Shown here: in pieces, positions 23,351-25,175 of the stretch | Position numbering within the stretch: the first letter of the stretch is position 1 | Layout: each line of letters starts with the position of its first letter | Source: a virus | Taxonomy: Duplodnaviria > Caudoviricetes | DNA: 25,175 nucleotides | Strand: one strand, 5' to 3' | Virus record (IMG/VR): IMGVR_UViG_3300042905_000912 | Location: 1 to 25,175 of that record | Notes under the pieces: model-generated | Told to the model about the DNA's origin: nothing | The model's database searches: none | What the model saw: the letters and a program-made list of their open reading frames with translations, nothing else | Translations under genes and position numbers: made by a program

Positions 23351-23430
23351 CATAAGAGATCGTATAAGCAGAGTTATACAAGCGTCAACGTTATCGAGAA
23401 GATTCTGCAAAATATATGCCTCATCAGCGG
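23351..23430 (-). promoter_or_regulatory. Conserved phage promoter, copy 3
   Basis: -35 TTGACG 23383-23388; 18-nt spacer with TTGTATAA; -10 TACGAT 23359-23364; the 22-nt block 23394-23415 is the exact reverse complement of 8880-8901. Confidence 0.78.
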
Positions 23431-23446
23431 TTTTGCAGAGAAAGAA

Positions 23447-23680
23447 TTACGGGTTCTCTTCACGATTCACTTGATCGTGATACGCCTCGTGCGCTTCACA
23501 ACGCACGCATCGACTCAATGGGTTGCGGTGGTAGTGATCGTATTCGTCGTGTTCTGTGTACACGAGATCGTCAGCGATCTTGCGCCAGCGTGCGACGAGT
23601 TCACGCAACTCTTCAACTGTCTGCGTGCTCTCGTTGTCTTCTGCGATCTCTGCTTCGAGTTGTCTGACGTAATCGTTCAC
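23447..23680 (-). CDS. Hypothetical protein (coiled coil plus CxxC)
   Basis: GTGA coupling; CVRC motif. Confidence 0.55.
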   Translation of the reverse strand: MNDYVRQLEAEIAEDNESTQTVEELRELVARWRKIADDLVYTEHDEYDHYHRNPLSRCVRCEAHEAYHDQVNREENP

Positions 23681-23970
23681 AGTGTTCTCTTGCTCTTATC
23701 TGCTCGACGTTGAAACACGAGCACGTTGTCTCTGCGTTCAATGTCAACTTCTGCTTCGTCAGCAAGAAGGTCTGCGAGTTTCTCTTCTGCTTTGATCTTG
23801 TCGAGTAACGCACGAAGAACCCACGCAGGAATGTACAGAGTCATGTTGTCGTTCTCTTCGTCAGTAACGCCTCGTCTGAATCGTTCGAGAACTTCATAGT
23901 GATTCGCAAGTTCTTCTTCTGCGATCTCTCTTGCTTCAGCAACGATCTTTGTCATGTCACGCATTGTCAT
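23677..23970 (-). CDS. Hypothetical protein
   Basis: 97 aa, overlapping its neighbours. Confidence 0.55.
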   Translation of the reverse strand: MTMRDMTKIVAEAREIAEEELANHYEVLERFRRGVTDEENDNMTLYIPAWVLRALLDKIKAEEKLADLLADEAEVDIERRDNVLVFQRRADKSKRTL

Positions 23971-24298
23971 CTGCTTTCAAGTCTTGTGATCGTCGTGCTT
24001 CAGCAACAGCATCGTCGAGCAAGCCCCAACCAAGAATGTTGAGATTACGACTCAGACGCTTCCACGACATTGATGAACTAACCAACTCGAATACTTCGTC
24101 TGTGTCTTCGTCGCTGTGCATATGATCATCGTCGTCTTGTTGAGTGAGCCATTCGCACGCAACTTCTGATCGAGTGAAGATCACGCCTTGCCACTTGAAT
24201 CGTTCACGCATCACTGCGAGCATCATTGTCGCTTCGAGTTCTGTGATCGTCTGTGCGACTTCAATCAGTGACTCTCGTCGTTCTGTGTATGTGGTCAT
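23957..24298 (-). CDS. Hypothetical protein
   Basis: AACAGGAGA RBS before ATG 24298 (MTTYTERR). Confidence 0.6.
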   Translation of the reverse strand: MTTYTERRESLIEVAQTITELEATMMLAVMRERFKWQGVIFTRSEVACEWLTQQDDDDHMHSDEDTDEVFELVSSSMSWKRLSRNLNILGWGLLDDAVAEARRSQDLKADDNA

Positions 24299-24591
24299 CT
24301 TGTTTCTCCTGTTGCGATAAATAGTGCTGATAGTGCAACGATGCACAGATCGTTGAATCTTTGTGCTGTCAAAGTGTCGCTCGTGTTGGGCAACGGGTCG
24401 TCGGGATTGAACGTGCTTTCATACGCAGTTGGTTGATGCCCGAATCGATCGTGTAGATCAGCGTCGATCTCGAACTGTTCTGACTCGTGATCAGGGTGTC
24501 GTTCAATCCATTCTGCTTTTGCTTTGAGTCGTGCTGTGAGATCGTTGACGTATTCAGTCAGACGATTCACGCTGTCGTTCAGGCTATTCAT
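24295..24591 (-). CDS. Hypothetical protein
   Basis: Likely ATG at 24591 (MNSLNDS), overlapping the upstream stop; ATGA coupling downstream. Confidence 0.5.
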   Translation of the reverse strand: MNSLNDSVNRLTEYVNDLTARLKAKAEWIERHPDHESEQFEIDADLHDRFGHQPTAYESTFNPDDPLPNTSDTLTAQRFNDLCIVALSALFIATGETR

Positions 24592-24823
24592 CGTCAGTGC
24601 TTCGTTCTGCGAATACTGCGTCGACATCTTCCTTGACGGGCGCATACGGGCCTTTGAGTCGAACAACAGTTGCACAGAGATCAACACCTTCGTCGAGATA
24701 TGCGAACTCCCATTCTTCAAGCGGTAGCCCATCGTGCGTGTCGCAGACGGGCAGTGAGCAGAATCCTGCTTCGATGCCTTTGTTGAGCCAGCGCACGAAC
24801 TTGTCGTGATTCTTTTCAGTCAT
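24584..24823 (-). CDS. Actinophage-type hypothetical protein (WL..G...G.C..PVC.THDG.P)
   Basis: AACAGGAGA RBS before ATG 24823; Cys/His motif. Confidence 0.65.
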   Translation of the reverse strand: MTEKNHDKFVRWLNKGIEAGFCSLPVCDTHDGLPLEEWEFAYLDEGVDLCATVVRLKGPYAPVKEDVDAVFAERSTDDE

Positions 24824-25037
24824 TGCTTGTCTCCTGTTTCGTGGGTCTTCCCCGTTGTTTGGTGCTCGGTCTGCGTAGTACGCCTCGTCTGAAGACGTAT
24901 CCTTCTGAATACAGTCTCTCTCGATACGCCGCTTGACGCTGACGCTGTTTCTCTTTGCAGAGATCGCATCGACAACGATCACGAGAGTTGTATCTTGCTG
25001 TCGTGCCGTGTTCGGGTAATGGCTTGAGTCGATTCAC
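24816..25037 (-). CDS. Small HGT..Y...CRC..C putative zinc-binding protein
   Basis: GAGGAG RBS before GTG 25037; EHGTTARY...CRCDLC; basic tail. Confidence 0.65.
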   Translation of the reverse strand: MNRLKPLPEHGTTARYNSRDRCRCDLCKEKQRQRQAAYRERLYSEGYVFRRGVLRRPSTKQRGRPTKQETSND

Positions 25038-25174
25038 CAGTTCTTCTCCTCGCATACTTGACACCATGATCGCACAAGGGTGTGAGCAAGTTGTTCAGAG
25101 AACAGACCGTCGATCTCTGCGAGCGTCGTGATTCGTTCTTGACCCTTGACGACTCGTGACTTGATGATCTTTAA
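25034..25174 (-). CDS. Hypothetical protein, 5' truncated by the window edge
   Basis: Open frame ...LKIIKSRVVKGQERITTLAEIDGLFSEQLAHTLVRSWCQVCEEKNW*; GTGA overlap with the next gene. Confidence 0.5.
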   Translation of the reverse strand, partial: LKIIKSRVVKGQERITTLAEIDGLFSEQLAHTLVRSWCQVCEEKNW

Positions 25175-25175
25175 T

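Noticed and set aside
23398-23428. Hammerhead-like CUGAUGA...GAA on the minus strand
   Set aside because: The closing pair is G-A and the core reads GAAU rather than GAAA, stems I and III are not evident, and the sequence is explained by the promoter repeat.
23485-23495. CCTCGTGCGCT matching the end of the inverted-repeat arm, upstream of promoter copy 3 (a similar word occurs at about 8732)
   Set aside because: Only 11 nt, inside a coding region, and similar words occur elsewhere (for example near 21603); compatible with chance.
1-25175. CRISPR array, tRNA, integrase, reverse transcriptase/DGR, intron or intein
   Set aside because: No regularly spaced repeats, cloverleaf motifs or diagnostic protein motifs were seen by eye; covariance-model searches were not run.

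Overview
The whole window is a fragment of a tailed dsDNA phage (Caudoviricetes), very probably infecting Actinomycetota: it has a WhiB gene, leaderless TANNNT promoters and several actinophage-type small proteins. The minus strand carries, from right to left, a run of small early/middle genes (25175-21091), TerS, a TerL broken near its 3' end, a GP88-like gene, a DUF935/Mu-gp29-type portal, a long MuF protein with a C-terminal HExxH domain plus a small downstream ORF, and a multidomain XkdF-type prohead protease. A roughly 6.9 kb accessory island follows, and then scaffold, cement, major capsid, decoration and neck genes and a Com-like zinc-ribbon gene that is missing from the ORF track. No tail tube or tape measure gene follows the neck genes. 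The most notable signals are: (i) the protease appears split, with its last conserved motif at the N-terminus of the scaffold gene 6.9 kb away; (ii) a promoter-gene-terminator cassette bounded by about 51-bp imperfect inverted repeats; (iii) three copies of a promoter with a palindrome in its spacer; (iv) a candidate MuF effector/immunity pair; (v) a TerL lesion that looks like a microhomology-mediated deletion. All family assignments come from motifs recognised by eye; no database searches were run.
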